DNA of 44,445 nucleotides from Candidatus Micrarchaeia archaeon (GTDB taxonomy: Archaea; Micrarchaeota; Micrarchaeia; Micrarchaeales; CABMGC01), in the NCBI GenBank assembly GCA_049964835.1, contig JBMFWW010000004.1:1-44445 (forward strand), in the 5' to 3' direction. Every line of letters starts with the position of its first letter. The first letter of the stretch is position 1. The notes below the pieces were generated by a model. That model did no database searches. It was given only the letters and a program-made list of their open reading frames with translations, and was not told where the DNA came from. A program made the position numbers and the translations under genes. Shown here piece after piece: positions 28,571 through 37,108 of the stretch.

Positions 28571-30157
28571 ATGAAAAAAATTATAAACATTTGGTTTGTT
28601 TTTGCTTTGGCTGCGATGGCATTGCCCGCTATTGTAAACGCACAAAGTGTCAGTGGAGCACTGAGTGTAACAAATCTGCAAATATCCCCGAATCCAATAA
28701 TCGCAGGTTCTAATGCGCAGATAAGCTTTCAAATATATGACTCTTATTCATCAACACTGAATAATGTAAATATACAATTGCAAGGAGCATATCCAATATT
28801 AAATTTTTCTCCAGCAGGATTGCAAATAGTTAGCAGCATGTCACAAGGGATATATGGCGGCTCTAGTACATACTTTACATATAATATAAACATACCAAAA
28901 GATACTCCTTCAGGAACATACACATTAAATGTACTAGCTACTTATCAAAGCACACAAATTGGAGCTACTGGTTCTACAGAAACGGTTACAGGTTCATCTG
29001 TAATGCCCATTACCTTTTATGTGAACGGACAGCCAAATGTAACATTAACATCACAACCGAGCCAGATCTTACCTGGTCAACAGTTTAATATGGAATTGAA
29101 TGTGTTAAACTCTGGATATGCGGCTGGAAAAAATATAACAATAACACTTGAAAATAATACAAACTTTACGCCTATAGGTGCAAAATCTTTCAATATAGGA
29201 CTTCTAAATCAAGGAACATCAGCGCAATTAACTGCTCAGTATCAGGCAAATAAATTCATAACTAATGGAACTTATACCATACCTATTTTAGTAACATATC
29301 AAACAGAAACAGGCCAAAAGTATACCGAGACGCAAAATCAGAAAATCAATATATTAATAAACAATCCTAATATCGTAATAAATGTTGTGTCTGAAGAACC
29401 ACAAACTTTGTATAAAGGTTATAATCAAACTTTAGGATTAGTAATCAGTAACATAGGAACAGGAACAGCAAACAATGTTTCTGTAGCATTTAACTCTGGG
29501 TACGGAATAAATGTCCTCAGTTCTGTATCCAAGATGTTTATAGGAAGTATAGCACCAGGACAGGGAGTAGATGAATCATTACTTATATCTGCATCTAACT
29601 ATTCTTCAAATAATGCATCTTTCTATGCAACTGTAAAGTACCTCTCTGCAAATTATCACTCAGTATTCAATAAAAATATAACAATACCAATAAACATTGC
29701 TTCATCTTCAACATTTAGTATAAGCAGTGGAAATTACTCTATACCACTAGGAGCAACAGCGGTTCCATTGAATCTTGTTATAACAAATACTGGAAATATA
29801 GACGCGCAAAATATTCAACTTTCATTGCAGAGTGGCTATCCGATAACGCCAGTTACAAGTTCAGACTACATACAGCAACTTGCACCAGGACAGAGCGCAA
29901 ACGTAACATTTGAGGTTAGTGCAGATACAAACGCAAATTCCGGAACATACCCAATAACAATATACGAAACGTGGAAACAGCCAAATGGAGCTGTAGAACA
30001 GTTGTATTCCGGTACAAATGTTTATTATGCCGTAGTTGGAGGAAGTTCAGCAGGTGGCTCTGGAACTATAACAGACGTAGTAATAATTATCATAGTTGTC
30101 ATAATTCTGGTAGCTATCTATAGAAGAATGAAATCCTCTATGAAGAAAAAGCAATAA
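28571..30157 (+). CDS. COG1361 S-layer-domain-like surface protein
   Basis: Signal peptide, repeated N-x-G-x-x-x-A-x-N-V/I Ig-like modules, GTY motifs, C-terminal TM plus basic tail. Confidence 0.82.
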   Translation: MKKIINIWFVFALAAMALPAIVNAQSVSGALSVTNLQISPNPIIAGSNAQISFQIYDSYSSTLNNVNIQLQGAYPILNFSPAGLQIVSSMSQGIYGGSSTYFTYNINIPKDTPSGTYTLNVLATYQSTQIGATGSTETVTGSSVMPITFYVNGQPNVTLTSQPSQILPGQQFNMELNVLNSGYAAGKNITITLENNTNFTPIGAKSFNIGLLNQGTSAQLTAQYQANKFITNGTYTIPILVTYQTETGQKYTETQNQKINILINNPNIVINVVSEEPQTLYKGYNQTLGLVISNIGTGTANNVSVAFNSGYGINVLSSVSKMFIGSIAPGQGVDESLLISASNYSSNNASFYATVKYLSANYHSVFNKNITIPINIASSSTFSISSGNYSIPLGATAVPLNLVITNTGNIDAQNIQLSLQSGYPITPVTSSDYIQQLAPGQSANVTFEVSADTNANSGTYPITIYETWKQPNGAVEQLYSGTNVYYAVVGGSSAGGSGTITDVVIIIIVVIILVAIYRRMKSSMKKKQ

Positions 30158-30170
30158 GTTCTAATAATTA

Positions 30171-30220
30171 GTTTTTGTTTTCTTTTATTTTTCTTTTCCC
30201 TTCTTATTTTTTATATTTTC
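30171..30220 (+). terminator. Oligo-T rich putative archaeal terminator
   Basis: Dense T-runs directly after the stop of the PadR-ABC-surface protein operon. Confidence 0.5.
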
Positions 30221-30287
30221 TGACATTGGGATTTCCACTATCCTCACTTCATACAAAAGGTTTATAAAGCATTCTTGTAATAGATAA

Positions 30288-30911
30288 TTGGCGACTGGAA
30301 TGGATAGGATTATTGAGGAGTGTTTTAATTTATCAAGTGACCAGAAAGAAGGATGTCTTTTTGTAGTCGAAACTGAAAATATAAAAACAAAATATTACAA
30401 AGATTACAATACTGACATTTATAAAAAAAACGGCAAAAAATTATCCGTTTTGAATAAAAAAGATAAGACAACAATAAAATTGCTTGCAGGTCTTGATGGA
30501 GCAATGATCATAAATAAAAAAGGTGAGTTAGTACATTATGGTGCAACATTAATTAATTCCGATAAGTTTGTTGGACATGGTAAAAGACACGCGTTTGCAT
30601 TAGGCACCAGTAAAAAGATAAATGGTGTCGTATCTATTTTGGCTAGTGAAGAGGACAAACACATACGCGCGTTCAAAAACGGTGCGTGTATCTTTGATAT
30701 CGACTCAAATAGCAAATTAACAAGCTCAAAGAAACAGATTATAGCTGATGTCTTAGCTACTCCGTTGTCAAAAACATTGATTGCTTCTGGAATAGCTACA
30801 TCGGTATTAACACTAAATCCATTGCCTGCAATAATTACAATAAGTGGGAGTTATGTTATAGTTTCAGAGGGCTTTGACAGAATTAAAAAAATATTTAATA
30901 AAAAAAGCTAA
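30288..30911 (+). CDS. Diadenylate cyclase (DisA_N/DAC domain) with hydrophobic C-terminal tail
   Basis: EGCLFVV, LAGLDGAMII, GHGKRHAFA, ASEED match DAC motifs DGA / GxRH / SEE. Confidence 0.82.
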   Translation: MATGMDRIIEECFNLSSDQKEGCLFVVETENIKTKYYKDYNTDIYKKNGKKLSVLNKKDKTTIKLLAGLDGAMIINKKGELVHYGATLINSDKFVGHGKRHAFALGTSKKINGVVSILASEEDKHIRAFKNGACIFDIDSNSKLTSSKKQIIADVLATPLSKTLIASGIATSVLTLNPLPAIITISGSYVIVSEGFDRIKKIFNKKS

Positions 30912-30935
30912 TAATACATACTTAAATACATATTT

Positions 30936-31202
30936 TTATATTGCTCCTGACAAAAAGTCTTCTTCTTTATCTTCATTTTCTATTATATCCATTATTTGTC
31001 CTTGGCCAAGACCGCTAGGGAAAATCTCAAATTTTATTAAAACTCCTGGTTCTTCAACTCCGTAAACTGACGCTTTCCATACCTTTCCTGATTTATCTAC
31101 ATATCTTGCTAATCTTCCTACCAATTCTTCTAACGATACGTTTGAAGAAGGTATTACTAATAAATGATCCTCGTCTAAAGATGTGACTATGCCGCTAATC
31201 AT
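30936..31202 (-). CDS. Small acidic protein resembling ribosomal protein L35Ae (eL33)
   Basis: M.SGIV.S...LVGRL..YVDKSGKVWKA.V.GV...GV..KFE..P...GQ.MDI follows the archaeal L35Ae pattern recalled from memory. Confidence 0.55.
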   Translation of the reverse strand: MISGIVTSLDEDHLLVIPSSNVSLEELVGRLARYVDKSGKVWKASVYGVEEPGVLIKFEIFPSGLGQGQIMDIIENEDKEEDFLSGAI

Positions 31203-31239
31203 ATAATCAATTACATTATATTAAGAAAGATATAAAGCG

Positions 31240-31842
31240 TTAATGATTAATTTCATGTTGAGCTTCTAAATTCGATAATACCTTTATTTTATTAAGAAAT
31301 AGTACAATCTTGGTACGTACTCTATTATCCCTTTCTTTATATAATACATCTTTAATAAACTCTTCTTTATGCCTTGCTAGGCAATAAAAAGATGATGCGG
31401 CTATTCTTACTATAGGTTCTTCGTCTTTAATTAATTCTCTTAATGTTTTTGATGAAATCTTATCGACAGCTTCCTTATTTAATAAAACATTTCTACGCAC
31501 ATATGGCAGTTCATTTCTTGCAAGAACTTCGATTATAAAATTATCAAATCTTTTTACTGCTTCTTTGTTACCAGATATTGCAGAAACAACATACTCATCA
31601 TCACTGATAAACTTTCTAAGTATATCTATTGGAACTCTCTTTGCAACAATATTACTTTCTGCGCACAATGTTCTAATCTCAGAATCAGAAGAATTGCAAT
31701 GTTCTACTAACTCTTCTGTACTCATTATATCTAAAATCTTTTCATTTGAAAATGCAAGTTTTTTTACTCTTTCTGATTTAATATTTTTTATTAATGAGAG
31801 ATGCTTAGAATTCATCAAGTCGAATAACTCTTTATCCATCAA
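31240..31842 (-). CDS. HEAT-repeat-like helical protein; true start may lie upstream
   Basis: Repeats of about 25 aa: SDSEIRTLCA, DDEYVVSAIS, ELPYVRRNV, DEEPIVRIAA, RDNRVRTKI. Confidence 0.7.
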   Translation of the reverse strand: MMDKELFDLMNSKHLSLIKNIKSERVKKLAFSNEKILDIMSTEELVEHCNSSDSEIRTLCAESNIVAKRVPIDILRKFISDDEYVVSAISGNKEAVKRFDNFIIEVLARNELPYVRRNVLLNKEAVDKISSKTLRELIKDEEPIVRIAASSFYCLARHKEEFIKDVLYKERDNRVRTKIVLFLNKIKVLSNLEAQHEINH

Positions 31843-32094
31843 GAAAAATTCTACAATATTCCTAACTTTTTTGGCTTTGTATGAGTATTTCTTAACAAAC
31901 TCCTTAGTTCTGAGTCTAATATGAAATTTTCTTCATTAGTTAGTCCAGAATAGCGTTTGGGTTTATGAAGTACTGGCATATAATCAGCATGTAGGTTAAC
32001 ACTTATCTTTTCAAATATTTATACCTATTGCAAAAGTTGCCAGAAAAAAGCTACAAATACCTTTGCTTAGTAAATATTTAGTAGTGGGGATTAA

Positions 32095-32413
32095 ATGCTA
32101 GCAAGTAATATTGCAGGATTAAAACCAACCGATATCAAAAAAGTTGGAACTAAAACAGAAGAGAGATATAGAGTTGCTTATGAAGTTGATGGTATATCTG
32201 TCAAATCTTTTTTTAGTAGTATGAAGATAGTAGTATGAAGATTTATGTTTAGAAAATAACTCAAATATTTTTTACAAGAATCATATCATAACAATTAGAA
32301 ATAGGCTTCTTCGACTTAGAAGACTTTCCAGAAGAAAACTTTCAAGAGAAGAAGTTGAAAATTTTCTAGTTTTACAAGAAATTGCAAAGATTAGTACAAT
32401 AAAAGTCAAATGA
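32095..32413 (+). pseudogene. Disrupted hypothetical ORF broken at a 14-bp tandem duplication
   Basis: GTGGGG RBS then MLASNIAGLKPT...; TAGTAGTATGAAGA x2 at 32214-32241; a different frame continues YEDLCLENN...IKVK*. Confidence 0.45.
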
Positions 32414-32457
32414 AAAGAAATATTAATCTGAAGTATTTAATATATTTTTGTGATAAC

Positions 32458-33222
32458 ATGACCCAAATCACTCCCCCAAAAAGTGTTAGAGCTACAGAAC
32501 AAGAAAAAACTGAACAAACGACAGTCAAACAGGATATAATTGGATTAGCTAATGTATTAAGACGTACTCCTTTATCTTTAAAGGATGTTTTAGAGTTGAA
32601 AAATGCAGATAAATTTTACTTTGAAGCGTTAAGGATAAAAGATGAGAGAACTGATAATATAGATTTATCAGATATTTTAATGCCTTACTCTGTAGTAAAA
32701 GATTCTAAATTTACAAAATTATCCGCAAACAAAACATCATTTATGCAGAGTGTTTTTAATCATTTAGAAATAGAATGTTTAGAAGCTGAGAAATCAAATT
32801 TTGGAGGCGCATCTATATCAAGAGTAAAGATACGTTCTGGATTTATAGACGAATCAAATTTTTCCGGATCTAAAATTATAAGATCTACATTCAATAAATC
32901 TTATGAACTGTTATCCGCCAAGAAAACAGATTTCACCGATGCAAAGATCTTTGAGTCTAATATCAGAGCAGTTGACTTATCAGAATCTAAAATAAAAAAT
33001 GCAATGATTAGAGATTCGGATATGGAAGGCTCAATATTTAGAGGTGCTGATTTAACAGATACGTTATTTGAAAATGTTAATTTTTGCAGATGCGATTTTT
33101 CAGGAGCAGATATAACTGGGACTAAATTTATAAATGTAAAATTTGACGGAGCCATATTGAAGGATATGATTGTTATTATCGGTGGCAAAAAATTAGTCTG
33201 TAATGGACAAGAATTTATCTAA
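32458..33222 (+). CDS. Pentapeptide repeat protein
   Basis: SNFGG ASISR, TDFTD AKIFE, VDLSE, SIFRG ADLTD TLFEN VNFCR CDFSG ADITG periodicity; GTGAT RBS before ATG 32458. Confidence 0.88.
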   Translation: MTQITPPKSVRATEQEKTEQTTVKQDIIGLANVLRRTPLSLKDVLELKNADKFYFEALRIKDERTDNIDLSDILMPYSVVKDSKFTKLSANKTSFMQSVFNHLEIECLEAEKSNFGGASISRVKIRSGFIDESNFSGSKIIRSTFNKSYELLSAKKTDFTDAKIFESNIRAVDLSESKIKNAMIRDSDMEGSIFRGADLTDTLFENVNFCRCDFSGADITGTKFINVKFDGAILKDMIVIIGGKKLVCNGQEFI

Positions 33223-33330
33223 AGCTTTATATACTTTTTTGTCTAAAATAGTATTTGCTTTATACTCTGAGTGTTGTTTGTAGCAACCTCTTGGTAATGA
33301 GGCTTTTTAGCCAAACCAAAAATTGATTAT

Positions 33331-33633
33331 ATGACAGACATTAATAATGACCTTAGACTTGTTATAGACACAGGTAAGTATACAATAGGCAATAGAGAGG
33401 TTATCAGATCAATATCAGACTCAAAAGCAAAGGTAATAGTTCTAGCTTCAAAAGGGAAAAAGGAAATTGCAGAGGATATACTACATCTTTGCAGTGTTGC
33501 AAAACTGCGTGTTATAAAATTTAGCGGCAATTCACTTGAACTTGGAACATTATGTGGAAAGCCATACTCAGTAACTGTTTTAGCTGTGTTAGAGCCAGGA
33601 AACTCTAACATTTTAAATGAAGAATATGAATAG
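33331..33633 (+). CDS. rpl30e: 50S ribosomal protein L30e
   Basis: DTGK..IG, GNSLELGTLCGKPY.V, PGNSNIL. Confidence 0.96.
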   Translation: MTDINNDLRLVIDTGKYTIGNREVIRSISDSKAKVIVLASKGKKEIAEDILHLCSVAKLRVIKFSGNSLELGTLCGKPYSVTVLAVLEPGNSNILNEEYE

Positions 33634-33642
33634 GTGTTATGT

Positions 33643-34071
33643 TTGCCAAATGGAGAGTTCGCTGCAAAGGAAGTTATAAGAAAAAGAAAGAAGCAAAGGC
33701 TTCTCAATAAATGGTGGAAGAGAAAGTACTTTAAATTAAAGCAAAAGTATGATCCTGTAGGTACAGTACCTATGGCAAAGGCATTAGTACTTAAAAAGTT
33801 TGTACTACAGCAGAAGCAACCTCACAGCGGTTTGATAAAATGCGTAAGAGTACAGCTTATTAAAAATGGAAAAATTGTTGGAGCGTATGTTCCATTTGAT
33901 GGTTCAATAAATATGATAGAAGAGCACGACGAGGTAACAATACAAGGAATGGGAGGCTCACAAAGAGGTCAAATGGGAAGTATTCCTGGCTTAAAGTACA
34001 GAGTAATAGCAGTAAACGGTGCAGATATATTCCAAGTAGTAAAGGGTAAGAAGGAAAAACCTAAGAGGTAA
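33643..34071 (+). CDS. rps12: 30S ribosomal protein S12 (uS12), divergent
   Basis: PNGEFAA, KQPHSG..KCVRVQLIKNGK, IEEHDEV, IPGLKYRV..VNG, GKKEKP; probable TTG start after AGGTG. Confidence 0.96.
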   Translation: MPNGEFAAKEVIRKRKKQRLLNKWWKRKYFKLKQKYDPVGTVPMAKALVLKKFVLQQKQPHSGLIKCVRVQLIKNGKIVGAYVPFDGSINMIEEHDEVTIQGMGGSQRGQMGSIPGLKYRVIAVNGADIFQVVKGKKEKPKR

Positions 34072-34076
34072 ATTTT

Positions 34077-34853
34077 ATGGCAGATTCAATTGATACTAAA
34101 AAAGGCATTCAGAATGAAGACATTAAATCTGGTGAAGCATCAGTATCTGAAGCTTTAGATTCAACACAGCAAGTAGAAAGATCACAAAAAAGACAAAGAA
34201 AAACCGCAATACCTAAAGAGTCAATGCCAGACAACACCTTTCTAAAAAGTAAGGTTAAGTTATTCGGCAAGTATGATATATCCAATATAGAAATAACAGA
34301 CGAAAGTGTTAAAGGATATGTTCGTTTTAACGGTCAAGTATATCCAAATATTTTTGGAAGAAGAAAAAACAATGCTTATTACAACTCTCATCTAGATATA
34401 GTTGAAAGATTAGTAAATAAGATGATGAGAGGAGGAACGGGAAAGAAGGTTGGAGGAAAGGTAATCAGAACTGAAGGAAGACTCCAAGGGAAAAAGATAA
34501 AGGTAATGCATGTAGTAGAGGATGCTTTTGATACTATAAACAAGAAAACAGGCAAAAATCCTGTACAGGTTTTCATAAATGCACTACAGAACGCAGCACC
34601 TATCGAAGATACTACAAGAGTAAGATATGGTGGTATTTCATATAATGTTGCGGTAGGAATCAGCTCAAATAGAAGAGTTGATGTTGCACTCAAAAATATT
34701 GCGTTAGCAGCTTTGATAAATGCTTTTAATAAAAGAAAGAAGCTTTCAGATGCATTAGCAGATGAGTTAGTATTAGCTGCGGATAAAGCACCAGAAAGCT
34801 ATGCTATAAAGAAGAGATTAGAAGGAGAAAGAATAGCAAAGCGTGCTAGATAA
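34077..34853 (+). CDS. rps7: 30S ribosomal protein S7 with N-terminal extension
   Basis: KLFGKYD, IVERLVNK, NPVQV...NAAP.ED.TR..YGG, SYAIKKR.E.ERIA. Confidence 0.96.
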   Translation: MADSIDTKKGIQNEDIKSGEASVSEALDSTQQVERSQKRQRKTAIPKESMPDNTFLKSKVKLFGKYDISNIEITDESVKGYVRFNGQVYPNIFGRRKNNAYYNSHLDIVERLVNKMMRGGTGKKVGGKVIRTEGRLQGKKIKVMHVVEDAFDTINKKTGKNPVQVFINALQNAAPIEDTTRVRYGGISYNVAVGISSNRRVDVALKNIALAALINAFNKRKKLSDALADELVLAADKAPESYAIKKRLEGERIAKRAR

Positions 34854-34877
34854 TTATAATTTTTAAATGTGTTAGTT

Positions 34878-37070
34878 ATGGTAAGAAAGGAGTTTGTAGC
34901 TGAAGAAGTTGCTAAGCTTATGCATGATATAGATAGAGTTAGAAACGTAGCAATAATAGCTCACGTGCACCACGGAAAGACTACTCTCACAGATTCATTA
35001 TTAGCAAGAGCCGGAATAATATCTAAGAATGTAGCCGGAGACGCATTATACACAAACTATGAAGCTATAGAAAAGGACAGGAAGATGACAATAAAATCGG
35101 CAGATATATCTTTATCATTTAACTATAAAGGTCAAGATTATATAATAAATTTAATAGATACGCCAGGCCACGTAGACTTCGGAGGTCATGTAACAAGATC
35201 AATGAGAGCGGTTGACGGAGTTGTACTTGTTGTAGATCCGGTAGAAGGAATAATGCCTCAAACCGAAACTGTTTTGAGACAAGCACTACAAGAAAGAGCA
35301 AAACCAGTTCTTTTCGTAAATAAAACTGACAGATTATTAAATGAATTAAGACTTACACAGGAGCAAACCTTTGAAAGATTGCTTAAATTGATCGGTGAAG
35401 TAAATACTCTAATTAAAAGATTTGCTCCAGAGGGATATGGAGATAAATGGCAGGTTAGCGTTGAGAATGGAAGTGTATGTTTTGGATCTGCTTATAAGAA
35501 ATGGGCCATCTCAGTAAGAATGATGGAAAAGTACAAAGTTAACTTTAAAGATATATTCAAATTAACACAAGAACAAAATGAAACAAAACTTCAAGAAGTT
35601 GCTCCTATAGATGAAGCAACACTTTCTATGATGATTGAACATTTGCCTAATCCACGGGAGGCACAGCCATACAGAATCCAAAAGTTATGGCATGGAGATT
35701 TAGAGAGTGAAAACGGAAAGGCAATGATGACAGTAGATCCTAAAGCTAAAGTTAACATAGTCATATTTGGGGTTACCAATGACCAACATAGCGGTGAAGT
35801 TGCAATAGGAAGGGTATTTTCAGGAACTGTAAGAAAAGGCACAATGTTGTATACAACAGGAATGCCAGATCCTCAAAAAGTTCAACAAGTAGGAATTTAT
35901 ATGGGTCCTGAAAGAGTAACTATCGAGCAGATATCTGCTGGAAATATAGCAGCATTAGTAGGACTTAAAAACATATCAATAGGAGACACTGCAAGTGAGG
36001 ATAATATAGAACCGTTTGAACAAATTAAGCACTATTCACAACCAGTAGTTACTAAAGCAATAGAAGCAAAAGATACAAGAGATCTAATGAAGTTAATAGA
36101 GGCATTAAGACAGTTGTCAAAAGAGGATCAAACAATAAATGTAGAGCTTAATCAAGAAACAGGGGAGCACTTAGTAAGCGGAATGGGAGAGCTGCATTTA
36201 GAAATTATAGAAACAAAGATAAGAGATGATTATAAAGTTGCAATAACTACATCTGAACCTATTGTAGTTTATAGAGAAACAATAGAAGGCGAAGCAAAGG
36301 ATGTAGAAGGTAAAACACCTAACAGACATACAAGGTTCTATATAGATGTAAAACCTCTAGAACCAGGAGTATTAGATTTAATCGAAACAGGAGTACTTAA
36401 AAACGGAAAGCCAAAGGGTAAGCAGTACTGGGATGATCTCATAAAGGCAGGAATGGAAAGAGACGAAGCGAGAGGAGTGGTAGATATTTCAAATGGAAAT
36501 GTTCTTATAGATGCAACTCACGGTGTTCAGTATCTTGATGAGGTAATGGAACTCTTGATTGAAGGATTTGAAGATGCAATGCATGACGGTCCACTCGCAA
36601 GAGAAAAGTGTTCAGGTGTAAAAATATTAATAAAGGATGCAACAATACACGAAGACCCTGTTCACAGAGGTCCTGCACAAATAATACCGGCAATAAGAAG
36701 ACCGATATATGCAGGTATGCTTATGTCAGGAGTATCACTTTTAGAGCCAAAGCAAAAGTTCACAATAAATATTCCACAAGAGTATCTTTCAGATATAATA
36801 ACGTTTGTACAAGGTAAAAGAGGTCAGATAGTGGATATACAACAAGAAGGAGAGCAAGCAACCGTAATATCAAAGATGCCTGTTGCAGAGGTAATAAAAG
36901 GATTTTCAAATGAGATAAGAGGTCTTACAGCAGGAAAGGCCATATGGTATCCGGAATATGCGGGTTATGAAAAGTTGCCAAAGGATCTTCAGGATAAGGT
37001 AGTTAGAGAAATAAGAAAGAGAAAGGGACAAACTCCTGAGCCACCTACGCCACAGCAGTTTATGGATTAA
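34878..37070 (+). CDS. fusA: Elongation factor 2 (aEF-2)
   Basis: DTPGHVDF, NKTD, GMGELHLE, HEDPVHRGPAQI diphthamide loop; atypical G1 AHVHHGKTT and switch I RKMTI. Confidence 0.97.
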   Translation: MVRKEFVAEEVAKLMHDIDRVRNVAIIAHVHHGKTTLTDSLLARAGIISKNVAGDALYTNYEAIEKDRKMTIKSADISLSFNYKGQDYIINLIDTPGHVDFGGHVTRSMRAVDGVVLVVDPVEGIMPQTETVLRQALQERAKPVLFVNKTDRLLNELRLTQEQTFERLLKLIGEVNTLIKRFAPEGYGDKWQVSVENGSVCFGSAYKKWAISVRMMEKYKVNFKDIFKLTQEQNETKLQEVAPIDEATLSMMIEHLPNPREAQPYRIQKLWHGDLESENGKAMMTVDPKAKVNIVIFGVTNDQHSGEVAIGRVFSGTVRKGTMLYTTGMPDPQKVQQVGIYMGPERVTIEQISAGNIAALVGLKNISIGDTASEDNIEPFEQIKHYSQPVVTKAIEAKDTRDLMKLIEALRQLSKEDQTINVELNQETGEHLVSGMGELHLEIIETKIRDDYKVAITTSEPIVVYRETIEGEAKDVEGKTPNRHTRFYIDVKPLEPGVLDLIETGVLKNGKPKGKQYWDDLIKAGMERDEARGVVDISNGNVLIDATHGVQYLDEVMELLIEGFEDAMHDGPLAREKCSGVKILIKDATIHEDPVHRGPAQIIPAIRRPIYAGMLMSGVSLLEPKQKFTINIPQEYLSDIITFVQGKRGQIVDIQQEGEQATVISKMPVAEVIKGFSNEIRGLTAGKAIWYPEYAGYEKLPKDLQDKVVREIRKRKGQTPEPPTPQQFMD

Positions 37071-37108
37071 TTATAAATTATATTGAACCAATGAGATGAG
37101 GTAATAAC

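Noticed and set aside
30288..33222. DAC + HEAT + pentapeptide genes as one anti-phage operon
   Set aside because: Genes are on mixed strands, not operonic, and no effector nuclease or sensor is recognisable.
34878..37070. EF-2 as a diphthamide-less paralog
   Set aside because: The HEDPVHRG target His is intact and the gene follows rps12-rps7.
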